Numbered from the stretch's first letter, positions 19,301-27,577 are shown. The stretch: 64,000 nt of DNA from Patescibacteria group bacterium (GCA_041665585.1 JBAYIN010000005.1:29622-93621); one strand, 5' to 3'. Program-made: numbers and translations. Notes: generated from the letters alone by a model not told the origin.

Positions 19301-19357
19301 CAGAATTTTTGGTTTAAAAAACTGGAACCAAAGTCTTTGCAAATTCAGGGTGGGCAT
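13361..19357 (-). CDS. Bacterial alpha-2-macroglobulin family protein (YfhM-like)
   Basis: 1998 aa. N-terminal TM anchor. Thioester motif 'PYGCAEQ'. Its stop codon overlaps the start of pbpC by 4 nt. Confidence 0.9.
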   Translation of the reverse strand: MPTLNLQRLWFQFFKPKILLGIAAVILVALGLALFLRQSPTPQFSFDQNQKVAAGSDLRFGLPFAMDRRSVEENLTIPVGLAGDLKWLDDQTLVFDPAGSLTLQAVYKFELDRQALRADGQRLGKTLEYQFTVSGDPILATHAPADATTEIPVDAEITLVFDRPMVPLTIVQNKTNPENWSVKLTPEISGRWRWLGTTTAKFVPTEKLPPATHFTVSIPTGLTTLSGDPTTEDFSFSFDTVRPQVVSTNPAPGSREAGPSSKIELNFNLPIDLASADEKITLAQKKLNPKNPQLNSTVPLKIKNISYGTKEVDKKMMTDETVLVVEPAVPLALDANYTVTVAAGIMSTLGGLGSPTEYPVDFATVGAMVVERGSYSSGLIELQFSNELSDVDLAGEITISPKVDGWDELELRAVQWDPKQISFYPQLVPSTTYTLTVDQSVHDRFGQNLPKDYALTFKTEPIPSKVFIHSTGDFGIFESGKAPIYYLNAVNVSRMDVALAKLSLADFLDIRNQRSQDYEYSPNLSQFADYQKWSFAPPKNKHDEWEAIPFDLNEKTGEPLSSGIYVMTLQAPEYKQDWGDYSEIVNYQYFALTNIGLTLKYSGGQALVFAIDLQTGAPLPDTLIKFNSLGGAEVVTGKTDADGFFTTKLDLKKFTTPYNEYQPEFWVTAEHGADFAFIGSNWNNGIEPWSFGFGSDFRGTDFPNYQMDSYIYTERPVYRPGDTVHFKGIVRLRDSDGVLNLPGEKRQALVKINDAKGNEIYNKTLNLTQFGSFSDELPLDSAAALGDYNLVVQTMPDADIGNNYGSASFSVLAYRKPEYRVDLTPAATEYFDKDQIKVGIEGAYYFGAPLANAPVNWRIKTTDYFFNQYTDDWYSFALEDAWCWWDCTRSSDLLLEGSGELDADGKLALSFPVDLADKSVSQVLTLEADVTDPNNQIVSNRVSVPVHKSSVYVGIRPEDYSVQPGENASLKIVTVSPEGKVLAGQKVQIQLFSREWNSIKKKNVDGSYYYDNAAKDTFVSETSVATDADGKAIAKIKIPNGGQFVAVASTADSKGRAAKASTSIYAWSDTYVNWPHENNDRIDVIADKPEYAVGDTAKLLVKSPYQGANVKALITVERENIIRKEVVTITSNAQSIEIPITKDLIPNAFVSVVIIKPRAGETFNENGLDTGAPAFKIGYAKLLVETKPKELQLTLKTDKQKYGPGETVRVTLQATDAAGKPIETELSLGTVDMSVLALTGFELPDLVKNFYAQRGLGVMTSELLTYLIERFKPGSKGGGGADVNADKRGDFQDTAYWNPRIVTDQSGVAQIDFKLPDNLTTWKLLAIGSTRTSEFGAVAEEIVETKKVIVRSVRPRFAVVGDEIELGAIVHNFLDQDAEFAVSLTGAGFESRGATAQKIKVAAGGQSKINFPITVSRTDKLTLDFKATTAEGRDEIEESIPVYIFGTPQSVATSGYTEDSATETLSAPTADEASSGNLDISVSPTLATYLPGGLDYLVQFPYGCAEQTVSSFLPNIAVAQLQGFEAFKITTDAELENNITSGLQKLYSFQRGDGGFGYWAGSTESYPYLTAYIVFALNQTQKANYAVDAEVLNRAHRYLTGVLRNQNLKQPIDLAVRAYILFVLAEGGSTDISLLNNLYEQRKNLPLFSQAQLTMALQKYGSEESLKKARALLDGILANVKTEARGASFVEATEDLYRPLMNTDTRTTATVLQALVRLDSENALIPRIVRYLLAVREDGHWDTTQSTTVSILTLVEFLKNTGELSANMTSGVSVNGKQILTNQFNQKNILTRGEVEIALNNLKQGKDNEIKIGKTGTGRLYYDVLFSYFYTADDLPPAEEGFGIVRELLPLKSGEFDSALTEAQLGETYKVKLTITVPADRHFVAIESPLPAGMESIDTNLLTSQQTLLEGAINADSCQDYWSYECWQNNLWHFNHRELRDDQVFLFADDLPAGVYEYEYLVRATTPGKFRLRPARAYEMYFPETFGQTDGTWFEVKE

Positions 19358-19427
19358 TGGGGTGAGCTAAAACACAGCTATTTTACATAAGCCCTTCAGG
19401 GTTTGCTTTGAAATCGAGCTGAAGAAT

Positions 19428-20192
19428 TCATTTTTTACTCAGAACCATCAGCACACCGACAATCACAGGCTGATGCAAAAGATAAATCCAGAGCGAATTG
19501 CGCCCGAGCAACGCCCCGCAAGCACCGATTTTATTATCCTGCAGCCAGGTGAAATCGAAACTGAATTGGCGCTTGAAATTTTTGTAAGCCAGCTTGGCAA
19601 AGAAAATTCCCAGCAAGACAAAACCAAACCAAGGTAGTAGCGGAAAGTAGTCCAAGGTATTTAGATTTTCATTCCAAAAAATTAGGCTGCAGTAATTCAA
19701 AATTGCTTCGCTCAAAAAAAGCGGCAAGGAAATTCCCAGAATGAGGCAAATCAGCCCCAGAATCAGATTGGCAAAATGGTAACGCACCAGCGGCAAGGCC
19801 AGCAGAATCGCCACTGCGATGAAGTGCAAAACTCCGAAAAAAATATAACTCCCGGGACTATAAAGCCGAGTGACCAAGGTGATTAGCAGAGCGAAAAAAA
19901 TCAGCGATATCGCCCGCACTACATTTCTTTTGTAAAAAGAAATAAGTTCCCCTGCTTGCTGATGTCTAAGATAAGACAATTGCAACGAGACGCCCACCAA
20001 GAAGATGAAAACCGTAGCCGTAATCCGCTCAAACGCAATCCAAAAAAATGAATCGAGCGTGAATTTAACTAGATCTAGATAATTGAGATCAAAAATCAAA
20101 TGGAAGACAATCATCAGCAGCACTGCCACCCCACGCAAAAAATCAACTTCGACGAAGCGTGCAGGGCGATTTTTGGTCGAAGTAGAATTCAT
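19428..20192 (-). CDS. DUF1624 (heparan-alpha-glucosaminide N-acetyltransferase-like) membrane protein
   Basis: 254 aa polytopic. N-terminal 'RFVEVDFLRGVAVLLMIVFH'. Confidence 0.7.
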   Translation of the reverse strand: MNSTSTKNRPARFVEVDFLRGVAVLLMIVFHLIFDLNYLDLVKFTLDSFFWIAFERITATVFIFLVGVSLQLSYLRHQQAGELISFYKRNVVRAISLIFFALLITLVTRLYSPGSYIFFGVLHFIAVAILLALPLVRYHFANLILGLICLILGISLPLFLSEAILNYCSLIFWNENLNTLDYFPLLPWFGFVLLGIFFAKLAYKNFKRQFSFDFTWLQDNKIGACGALLGRNSLWIYLLHQPVIVGVLMVLSKK

Positions 20193-20506
20193 GAAAGCGA
20201 AGTTATTCTACACAAGCCGCTGAAAAACTTGCTCTGAAATAATGCTCGGAGAAATCACCAACGATAGCTACGCCCAAATTTCAAAATTAATTCCAGGCTT
20301 GAGCTGTGAAAAATTTTTGAATTTTCAAGTCTCTGTGGGGTAATTTTTAATTCTTAATTTTGTAATTTTTAAATAAATTTCAATTTCTAATTTTTAGAAA
20401 TTTGGATTTAGGATTTATTTATAAAATTAAAAATTGTAAAAATTTAAAAATTTGTAGCCTTCTGTAAGTTCAAGTAACCCACTACTTTGCACCAGCATTT
20501 CCTTCC

Positions 20507-20536
20507 GTTAACCCACCAGATATCTGGCGGGTTAAC
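20507..20536. repeat. 30-nt palindrome, dispersed copy 2
   Basis: 'gttaacccaccagatatctggcgggttaac', one mismatch from the copy at 1902..1931. Confidence 0.9.
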
Positions 20537-20624
20537 TGGGGCAGTACCACGGTTTTTATTGCGACTGGAAATAGTGGGTTAACTTCGGGACAACTTACTC
20601 CTTATTTCTTAATCCTTATAACTT

Positions 20625-20730
20625 AAAGACTTAGCGACTTAATGACCCTCCGAACCCATGACACAATGACCTTCCGAACCCATGACCCATGACCTTCCGA
20701 ACCAAATGACTCAATGACTTAACGACCAAT
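20625..20730. repeat. 'atgacc(c/t)tccgaaccc' tandem word repeats, upstream block
   Basis: Repeated 'tgaccctccgaacccatgac' units ending in 'ccgaaccaaatgactcaatgacttaacgac'. Same family and orientation as 21760..21940. Confidence 0.85.
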
Positions 20731-20808
20731 GCCTATCCAAATCGGTTCACACATCCTTGAATTTTGGGTCGATTTCTGCTAAACTTAGGAGATTTAAAAA
20801 CTTAAAAA

Positions 20809-21510
20809 ATGAAAAACACAAAAATCTTTTCAGCCCTAACAGCGTTCATTGTCGCAATTTTGGGTGTTTCATCCGTTTTCGCCTCAGGTGAATATCTGCC
20901 CGATGTCGAAAATGTAGTGGCGACGCCGGTAGTGGGTGGCATCCAATTAGCATGGGATTCGGTCGCGGGAGCCAATCAATACACGCTTTATTACGGGACG
21001 ACTAGTATCAATACTGATGGTGCCACTTACGAAAAAAGTATCTTGCTCGATAATGTGACGAAATACCTACTTACAGGGCTTACTCCGGAAACTAAGTATT
21101 ATATCGCCGTAGCTGCCGATGACTCGACCGGATCGCGTCTTGGTAGTTTTAATTATTCCGAGGAAGTTTCAGTCACGACACTCTCAGAGCAACCGGTGGC
21201 TGTCGAACCAACACCTGCGATAGTCGAGCCGACACCACCTGCCGTTATTGAACCGATCCCTGCGGTTGATCCGCTCGCCAGTATTACGACGCAATCAGAA
21301 ATAACTGCGATACCCACACTGGAGACAACAGAAAGCATCACGGAAATCAGCGCTCCAGTCGAAGATTTAGTTGGTCAAAAATTCAACGCATCAGGCGAAG
21401 TCGAGCCTAGTACTGCGCCGGAAGATTTGCCGAAATCCGGACCAGAACTCGCGCTCGTATTTCTCGTGAGCGGCGCCGGCACATACCTATGGCGCAAATA
21501 TCGGAAATAA
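20809..21510 (+). CDS. Secreted FN3-like surface protein with LPXTG-like C-terminal sorting signal
   Basis: Signal peptide. 'QLAWDSVAGANQYTLYYG...ETKYYIAVAA' is FN3-like. Pro/Thr/Glu-rich spacer. C-terminal 'LPKSG' + hydrophobic stretch + 'RKYRK'. Confidence 0.7.
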   Translation: MKNTKIFSALTAFIVAILGVSSVFASGEYLPDVENVVATPVVGGIQLAWDSVAGANQYTLYYGTTSINTDGATYEKSILLDNVTKYLLTGLTPETKYYIAVAADDSTGSRLGSFNYSEEVSVTTLSEQPVAVEPTPAIVEPTPPAVIEPIPAVDPLASITTQSEITAIPTLETTESITEISAPVEDLVGQKFNASGEVEPSTAPEDLPKSGPELALVFLVSGAGTYLWRKYRK

Positions 21511-21530
21511 TTCCGAACTTAAGCACTCAT

Positions 21531-21561
21531 AAAAAAGACCTTCATACGAAGGTCTTTTTTT
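21531..21561. terminator. Bidirectional rho-independent terminator
   Basis: 'aaaaaagaccttcatacgaaggtcttttttt': a 6-bp stem flanked by an A-run and a T-run. Confidence 0.8.
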
Positions 21562-21759
21562 AATCTTGATATCAAACCGGAACCTCGAAACCATTTTGGA
21601 ATTGAGCGGCGCAAAATTTTCGCATTCTCAAGTCTCGTAATTTACGAAATAATTTCCATTAGAAACGCGCATCAGGGCGTTGCTACCGCAAGCCCTGGAA
21701 TTTCCAGCGTCTGGATTTTTTGCCAAAGTTTATCCACGCTTGCCATTAAATCACAGTAC

Positions 21760-21940
21760 TTATGACTTATGACCCTCGAACCCATGACCCATGACCCTCC
21801 GAACCCAATAGCCAATAACCCTCCGAACCCATGACCCATGACCCTCCGAACCCATGACCCATGACCCTCCGAACCCATGACCCTCCGAACCAAATGACTT
21901 AAAGACTCAATGACTAAACCACTCAACGACTCAATAAGTG
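21760..21940. repeat. 'atgaccctccgaaccc' tandem word repeats, downstream block
   Basis: At least five near-identical 'cccatgaccctccgaac' units, ending in 'ccgaaccaaatgacttaaagactcaatgac'. Confidence 0.9.
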
Positions 21941-21959
21941 TTTCGCGTTGTCAGCTGGC

Positions 21960-22718
21960 TTACTTATTTTCAGCTGGAAAATAACGCTCAACAAATTTTT
22001 TACACAAATCAATGTTTTCCAAAACACGCTCTTCGCTACCGACACCAAGCGATTTCGGATTGAGCTTGAGAGTCAGGATGCCGTTGAATTTATCGCGCGC
22101 CAAATGAATCAAGAAGCTCTCTAGTGGCACAGTGCCGTTCGCCAACAAGGTGTGTTTCATCTCGTGCTGTGCATTGGCCAAGTGAATCTGGCGAATTTTT
22201 GGGCGGAAAATTGAATAGAGTTCAAGCAAAGGTTCGCTCCGACTCGAGACATTACTCGTGTCAAAAACAAGATTCTCAAATTTTTTAAGTTCGTAAGGAT
22301 CATTGAAAGCATATTTCGGCATGATGCCAAATAGGCTATCGGCTGGCGGATTAACCATCGCAATCTGCAAATCGTATTTCCTCTGTAATTTTATTAATTC
22401 ATCTGTAATCCATTTTTTGTAAGAAAAATTAAAAATATCAGGCGTAGAAAGTGAAACCAGCGGTGCCTCGATTTTTTTAGCTAAATCAAATGCGCGTTTG
22501 GCTTTGTCCTCATTCATCGCCAGACCGGCTGGAATCGAAAGTGCGACGATAGGTAGCTCGTATTGTTCGCTGAGTTGTTTGAGGTAAGTGGGATTTTGCG
22601 TATCGAGGTCGTTGCGACGAATCACCACCTCGATGCCATCGAGACCGGCTTTTTTGGCAAGCTCGAAGGCGTGGTGCAAACCATAACCGGCGAAACTATC
22701 GGTCGTAATTGAGAGCAT
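21960..22718 (-). CDS. Sugar phosphate isomerase/epimerase (xylose isomerase-like TIM barrel) family protein
   Basis: 252 aa. 'AKKAGLDGIEVVI' and 'IRQIHLANA' patterns of the AP-endonuclease-2/TIM-barrel family. Confidence 0.6.
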   Translation of the reverse strand: MLSITTDSFAGYGLHHAFELAKKAGLDGIEVVIRRNDLDTQNPTYLKQLSEQYELPIVALSIPAGLAMNEDKAKRAFDLAKKIEAPLVSLSTPDIFNFSYKKWITDELIKLQRKYDLQIAMVNPPADSLFGIMPKYAFNDPYELKKFENLVFDTSNVSSRSEPLLELYSIFRPKIRQIHLANAQHEMKHTLLANGTVPLESFLIHLARDKFNGILTLKLNPKSLGVGSEERVLENIDLCKKFVERYFPAENK

Positions 22719-22760
22719 TTTTTAGTTTTTAATTCTTGTTATTTTAGCAAAAAATAGCTT

Positions 22761-23897
22761 TTATTTCAAGCTTTGGATGAAATGCGCCATGCGCTCGAAA
22801 GCTGTCTCGAGCTCGGTGAGACCAGTCGCGTAGGAAATGCGAATGTGGTCGGCGAATTCCGCGCCGAAGGCCGAACCCGGCACGACCGCAACTCGTTCTT
22901 TTTTAAGCAAATTAAGCGCGAAATCGTCGCCCGAAAGTCCGGTTCTTTTACGGATGTTCGGGAAAAGATAAAACGCGCCAGCCGGTTTTTGAATTGTGAA
23001 GCCCATTTTGCGTAGTTCGCGCACGCAAAAATCCCGGCGCAACTTGTATTCCTCCCGCATTTTGGCGACTTCGGCATCGCAGTTTTCGAGCGCTTCAATC
23101 GCGGCAATTTGGGAAATCGAATTCGCACAAAGCGCACAGTACTGGTGAATTTTGTTCGCCGCGGCGACGAGACTTTCCGGCGCGAGCAGATAGCCAAGCC
23201 GGAATCCGGTCATCGCGAAAGCCTTCGAAAAACCGGAAATTGTCGCTGTTTGCGCTTTCATCTTGGGCAGACTCGCGAAAGAAATATGCTTAGTCTCGTA
23301 GGAAAGTTCGGCGTAAATTTCGTCCGAAATCGCGAGCAAATTATTGCGCTCCACCAAAACGGCAATTTTCTTAAGTTCGGATTTAGTGAATGTCGCGCCC
23401 GTCGGATTCGACGGATAACCGAAAACAAGCGCTTTGGTTTTGGGTGAAATCTTTTTCGCAATCTCGGAAATTTTTTGAACGAAAATCGGCGTGCCGCCGG
23501 CGAGCGCGACGAGCGGCGCGTACATCACATAGCTCGGCGCGAAAAGTAGGACTTCATCACCCGGATTTAAAACTGAGCGCACGACAAGATCGAAAATCTC
23601 GCTCGCGCCATTGCCGACTAGGATTTCTTTTTCGGGAGAGTAAGCGACTCCGAATTTTCGCGCGAAGTATTTCGCGATGGCGCCACGCAGCTCGCTCGAG
23701 CCGCGATTCGCGGAATAATGCGTCGCGCCATTTTCGAGCGCGGCAATCGCCGCCTCGCGCACACTCCACGGCGCATCGAAATCCGGCTCACCGACGGAGA
23801 GCGAAATCACATCGGGATTTTCGGCGACGATTTCGAAAAATTTCCGAATGCCGGAGGGCGGAATCAGCGCGAGAATTTTGTTTGTCGGAATTTTCAC
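22761..23897 (-). CDS. Class I/II PLP-dependent aminotransferase (aspartate aminotransferase-like)
   Basis: 378 aa. PLP-lysine region 'SGFSKAFAMTGFRLGY'. 'GEPDFD', 'NPTG'. Confidence 0.9.
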   Translation of the reverse strand: MKIPTNKILALIPPSGIRKFFEIVAENPDVISLSVGEPDFDAPWSVREAAIAALENGATHYSANRGSSELRGAIAKYFARKFGVAYSPEKEILVGNGASEIFDLVVRSVLNPGDEVLLFAPSYVMYAPLVALAGGTPIFVQKISEIAKKISPKTKALVFGYPSNPTGATFTKSELKKIAVLVERNNLLAISDEIYAELSYETKHISFASLPKMKAQTATISGFSKAFAMTGFRLGYLLAPESLVAAANKIHQYCALCANSISQIAAIEALENCDAEVAKMREEYKLRRDFCVRELRKMGFTIQKPAGAFYLFPNIRKRTGLSGDDFALNLLKKERVAVVPGSAFGAEFADHIRISYATGLTELETAFERMAHFIQSLK

Positions 23898-24370
23898 GCC
23901 GAAACTTTTAATCTTTGGTCGCTCGCTTTCTCACCGAAAACGAGTCCGTCTTCTTTGTATTTTTTCAAGAGAAAATGCGTCGTCGTGCCAGTCACGCTTT
24001 CAAGTACCGCGACTTTGCGATTCACGAAATTCGCAACTTCGGCGAGCGATTTGCCTTTGACTAAGAGATTCAAATCGTGCGAACCGGAAATCAAAAACGC
24101 ATTAGTGACCTCCGGAAATTTCGCAATGCGCTCCCCGACTTCGTCGAAGCCGCGACCGCGTTGCGTCGTCACGCGCACCTCGACCATCGCGGTGATTTCG
24201 TCCTGACCGTTGGAATTCAGAATCGTCGCGAAACCGACAATCTCGCCGGATTTCAGAAGCTTCTGAATCTCGGCCTCAATCTTCGCTGCGGTCGTGCCGA
24301 GAATCTTCGCGAGCGAGCTCGCCGAAATGCGCGGATTCTTCGTCAGGAGCGCGAGTAATTTTTGCTTCAT
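23894..24370 (-). CDS. Lrp/AsnC family transcriptional regulator
   Basis: 158 aa. N-terminal HTH 'ISASSLAKILGTTAAKIEAEIQKL'. C-terminal RAM-like domain. Overlaps the aminotransferase start by 4 nt. Confidence 0.8.
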   Translation of the reverse strand: MKQKLLALLTKNPRISASSLAKILGTTAAKIEAEIQKLLKSGEIVGFATILNSNGQDEITAMVEVRVTTQRGRGFDEVGERIAKFPEVTNAFLISGSHDLNLLVKGKSLAEVANFVNRKVAVLESVTGTTTHFLLKKYKEDGLVFGEKASDQRLKVSA

Positions 24371-24541
24371 TTGCAGAAGAATTAAAACAGGAGCATTTTA
24401 CATTTTTCCTGCGTAAACTTAAAATCCCCAGGTTGCCACCGTAGCTTCCACCTTCGTTCGCCAAGGCGAACTACGGCGGATAAATCCCATCTTCTAATTT
24501 ATCGCCAGATTAAATAAATTTTAAAAGCAATTAAACCTTTT

Positions 24542-24617
24542 GCCACCGTAGCTCAGCTGGTAGAGCGGACGCTTCGTAAGCGTTAGGTCCCCGGTTCAAA
24601 TCCGGGCGGTGGCTCCA
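24542..24617 (+). tRNA. tRNA-Thr: tRNA-Thr (anticodon CGT), CCA encoded
   Basis: Acceptor gccaccg/cggtggc. Anticodon arm gacgc-ttCGTaa-gcgtt. T-loop 'ggttcaaatcc'. Confidence 0.9.
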
Positions 24618-24708
24618 TTTTTGTGTTCAAGAATTTCACAAAATTTTAATCTTCGCTGGATTTTAAATTTAAGACGATTAAAATCATTTTGGCTTAAACT
24701 CCGCAAGA

Positions 24709-25686
24709 ATGTCGATTGAATTCCACATTCGTCTCAAGAATTGCGATTCGGCAAGCGGTGCCAAATTACGGAAATTGATTCCGCAAACACTCGCTTCGGT
24801 GCTGGATTGCGAGTGTGAAATTTTGGCGGAACCATCTGACACCACTCACATAGCTGCAGAACTCGAGAATTACGAACAAAAGCTCGCTCGTCTGCATTCC
24901 ACGCTGGAGTTAATTTCACGCGATTTTGGTGCGCCCAATCCATTTACGAAAACTAAAAAAATCGACGCTACGAGATTACAAAAAGCCGAACAACTTGCCG
25001 CTCGCGCACCGCAGCTCGCACGCATGAAGCGTTTTCTGATTGATTTGCCCGCCGAGCCGGAGTTCGACCGACTGCGCTTTTTGCAAAATCTGGTGATGCA
25101 AAATTTACCCTTCCCAGAGGTTTTCGAGCGACCCGAGCTGGTCGATGCGATCGCGCTACAGGCTTTTGAAAATTATCACGCCGAGTATTCCAAAAAATAT
25201 CTCATCTTCATCGAAGACCGCGAACGCGCCATCACCGTCTGGCAGAAGCAGCAGAAGGAGCTGGAGCAAAAAGTTTTCACTCTCGCAGCGCTCGACCAAG
25301 TGAAAAAACTCGGTCGACCCGTCGCGCAAAATTTGGCAGCTGAGCTTGCCGGAGTTGAAAAACGGCACGCGCCGCTCGGCATCAAGATTATCGAGCTGCG
25401 CAAAATTTTACGGATTGAGCCCGTCATCGCCGGCATTACTTTCTTCACGCCGCTCCCCGACCGTGAATTCGCTGATTTCACTGAACGGGTTGACGCTGCG
25501 CTGGAGCAAAAATTCGCCAAAATTCGCGACGAAAGCACGCTCGCTGTTTTGAAAAATACCGATGATGCGAGCGTCAAAAAACTGACGAAATTAATCGCAC
25601 TCGCCGACCTCGCCAAAATTGTCCGCATTTTTACGCTGCGCACCGCACCCAAAATTACTGCCGAACTCACCCAACTTTTACGATGA
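24709..25686 (+). CDS. Hypothetical protein co-transcribed with the two-component system
   Basis: 325 aa with host-like composition and no motif recognised. Its stop overlaps the response-regulator start (ATGA). Confidence 0.5.
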   Translation: MSIEFHIRLKNCDSASGAKLRKLIPQTLASVLDCECEILAEPSDTTHIAAELENYEQKLARLHSTLELISRDFGAPNPFTKTKKIDATRLQKAEQLAARAPQLARMKRFLIDLPAEPEFDRLRFLQNLVMQNLPFPEVFERPELVDAIALQAFENYHAEYSKKYLIFIEDRERAITVWQKQQKELEQKVFTLAALDQVKKLGRPVAQNLAAELAGVEKRHAPLGIKIIELRKILRIEPVIAGITFFTPLPDREFADFTERVDAALEQKFAKIRDESTLAVLKNTDDASVKKLTKLIALADLAKIVRIFTLRTAPKITAELTQLLR

Positions 25687-26366
25687 AAATTCTTGTCGCC
25701 GATGATGATCCGAAACTCAATAAGCTCGTGTGCGCCGCACTCCGCGAAGTTGGCTATTCACCCGACGCCGCTTTCACGATTGCCGATGCCCGGACGAAAA
25801 TTGCTCTGACGAATTTCGACCTCGCGCTCATCGATTGGATGTTCGATGGCGAGACCGAGAGCGGTCTGGATTTGGTGAAAGAAATTGTCGAAATGAAAAA
25901 TTTTCCAATCTTGATGCTCTCGGGTCGGAGCGCGCTCGCTGATCGCGTGAGTGGACTGCGTGCCGGCGCGGACGATTACCTCATCAAACCCTTTTATTTA
26001 CCGGAATTGCTCGCGCGCGTTGCCGCACTGCTGCGCCGTCCGCGAAAAATTGCTTCACAAAAATTCGTAGTCGGTTCACTCACGCTTGATCCAAATTCTT
26101 TTGAAATCTCGCTCGACGGCTTGAAGATTCCGCTACGCAAAAAAGAATTCCAACTGCTGCTCGCACTAGTCGAGGCAGGCAACGAAACTGTGAATCGTGC
26201 TTTGCTCGGACGGCTGGTCTGGGGCGACGAAGGTGTCGTCGTCTCCAATGCCATCGATGTCCACATCAAAAGTCTGCGCGAACGACTCGGGAAATTCGGT
26301 CAAGCCATCGAAACCGTGCGCGGTGTTGGTTACCGTTTCGACCCAAATTTTAAATCGGGAACATGA
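25683..26366 (+). CDS. OmpR-family response regulator
   Basis: Receiver domain ('ILVADDD', 'DLALIDW'). C-terminal winged helix 'ETVRGVGYRF'. Confidence 0.9.
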   Translation: MKILVADDDPKLNKLVCAALREVGYSPDAAFTIADARTKIALTNFDLALIDWMFDGETESGLDLVKEIVEMKNFPILMLSGRSALADRVSGLRAGADDYLIKPFYLPELLARVAALLRRPRKIASQKFVVGSLTLDPNSFEISLDGLKIPLRKKEFQLLLALVEAGNETVNRALLGRLVWGDEGVVVSNAIDVHIKSLRERLGKFGQAIETVRGVGYRFDPNFKSGT

Positions 26367-27118
26367 ATCTCGTCGCACTCACCAAAATCACCGAACGCCT
26401 CACGCAGCTCGCCGAAGAACACCATGATTTATTGCTCAGGAATGCCGAACTGAATCACCTCCTGCGCGAAGCGGAAATGACACGCGCTGAAGAAATCGCG
26501 CGTTTTGCCCATGAAATGAAAAAGCCGCTCGCGGTGATTCGCGGACTCATCGCGCGTTGTGACCCAAAAACACCTAGGCAACAAATTAGAAAAACCGGGC
26601 AAGAGATTGACGCTGAAGTTTCGCGAGCCGCCAAAATTCTCGATGACATGATTGCGCTCGCACGCCTCGAAACCAGCGCCCGCGAGAATAAGAAGCTTGA
26701 TCTTTCGGAAATTTGCACACTGGTTTTCGAGCAACAGCGCGCGCAATTTCCCAAGCATAAATTTGAGAAAAAAATTAAACCGGGCATCACGATTTTCTCG
26801 ACACCCGAGCGCGTCTTCGCGATTGTCGAAAATCTCCTCGAAAATGCCGGTCGCCACACACCAGCAGGCTCAGAAGTTTTTTGCGAACTGACGAAAAAAT
26901 CTGACGCCACAATGCTACGCGTGCGCGACAATGGTTGTGGCTTGACCGCAGACGAGCAGGAAAAAATTCTGACTCCCTTCACCGCGCTGGGTCACTCGGG
27001 CGGCAGCGGACTCGGACTCGCCGTCGTCGCCCGCGCCGTCGAGAAATTAGGCGGCAAGCTCAAAATTCATTCGACGAAAAATCGCGGCAGTGAATTCACC
27101 GTCTATTTGCCAGCTTAA
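26363..27118 (+). CDS. Cytoplasmic sensor histidine kinase (no TM or sensor domain)
   Basis: 251 aa. H-box 'FAHEMKKPL'. N/G boxes 'ENLLENAGRHT', 'DNGCGL', 'GGSGLGLAV'. The N-terminus is only a coiled coil. Confidence 0.85.
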   Translation: MNLVALTKITERLTQLAEEHHDLLLRNAELNHLLREAEMTRAEEIARFAHEMKKPLAVIRGLIARCDPKTPRQQIRKTGQEIDAEVSRAAKILDDMIALARLETSARENKKLDLSEICTLVFEQQRAQFPKHKFEKKIKPGITIFSTPERVFAIVENLLENAGRHTPAGSEVFCELTKKSDATMLRVRDNGCGLTADEQEKILTPFTALGHSGGSGLGLAVVARAVEKLGGKLKIHSTKNRGSEFTVYLPA

Positions 27119-27576
27119 TTTTCGCTGAATTGCAGGCGAAATTCCGGGGTAAATTTTCCGCGATTAAATTTTTGGCAGCAGGCGCGACAGGCGACATTTT
27201 TGCGGCGGCGAAAAGCCGGAAAAGATTTTCCGCAGCTCGGACAGACTGCACGGAATCTGGACTGCGGCAGAGCGACTTCCGATTCGCGAAAACGCGCTGT
27301 CGGTGTCCCGCCGAGTTCGGAAACTTTCGCGCGCCAAAATGCGTCGTGCGCGTGGCGCGGTCCGACGAGCGCGTGCGCGATTTCGTGCAAAAGCGTGTCG
27401 AGAATTTTTTGCGGCGGGTTTAACTCGGTCAGAATTCTAGAAAGCGAAATCGTCCGATTCGTGAAATTGCAGCAGCCGAAGCGTCTGCGCGCGCGATCAA
27501 ATCTGAAACTCCAGCTCGTCAAATCATGCTTCACGAGCAAACGATGAGCGAGCGTTTCCGCGGCAGAGAGATTCAC
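27115..27576 (-). CDS. SprT-like zinc metalloprotease domain protein
   Basis: 153 aa. 'LLHEIAHAL' (HExxH). C-terminal CxxC...CxxC zinc ribbon. Confidence 0.75.
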   Translation of the reverse strand: MNLSAAETLAHRLLVKHDLTSWSFRFDRARRRFGCCNFTNRTISLSRILTELNPPQKILDTLLHEIAHALVGPRHAHDAFWRAKVSELGGTPTARFRESEVALPQSRFRAVCPSCGKSFPAFRRRKNVACRACCQKFNRGKFTPEFRLQFSEN

Positions 27577-27577
27577 T

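Noticed and set aside
21672-21926. 84-aa ORF 'GSEGHGSWVRRVMGHGFGG...'
   Set aside because: It is a translation of the 'atgaccctccgaaccc' tandem repeat block. The periodic peptide is an artefact of the repeat.
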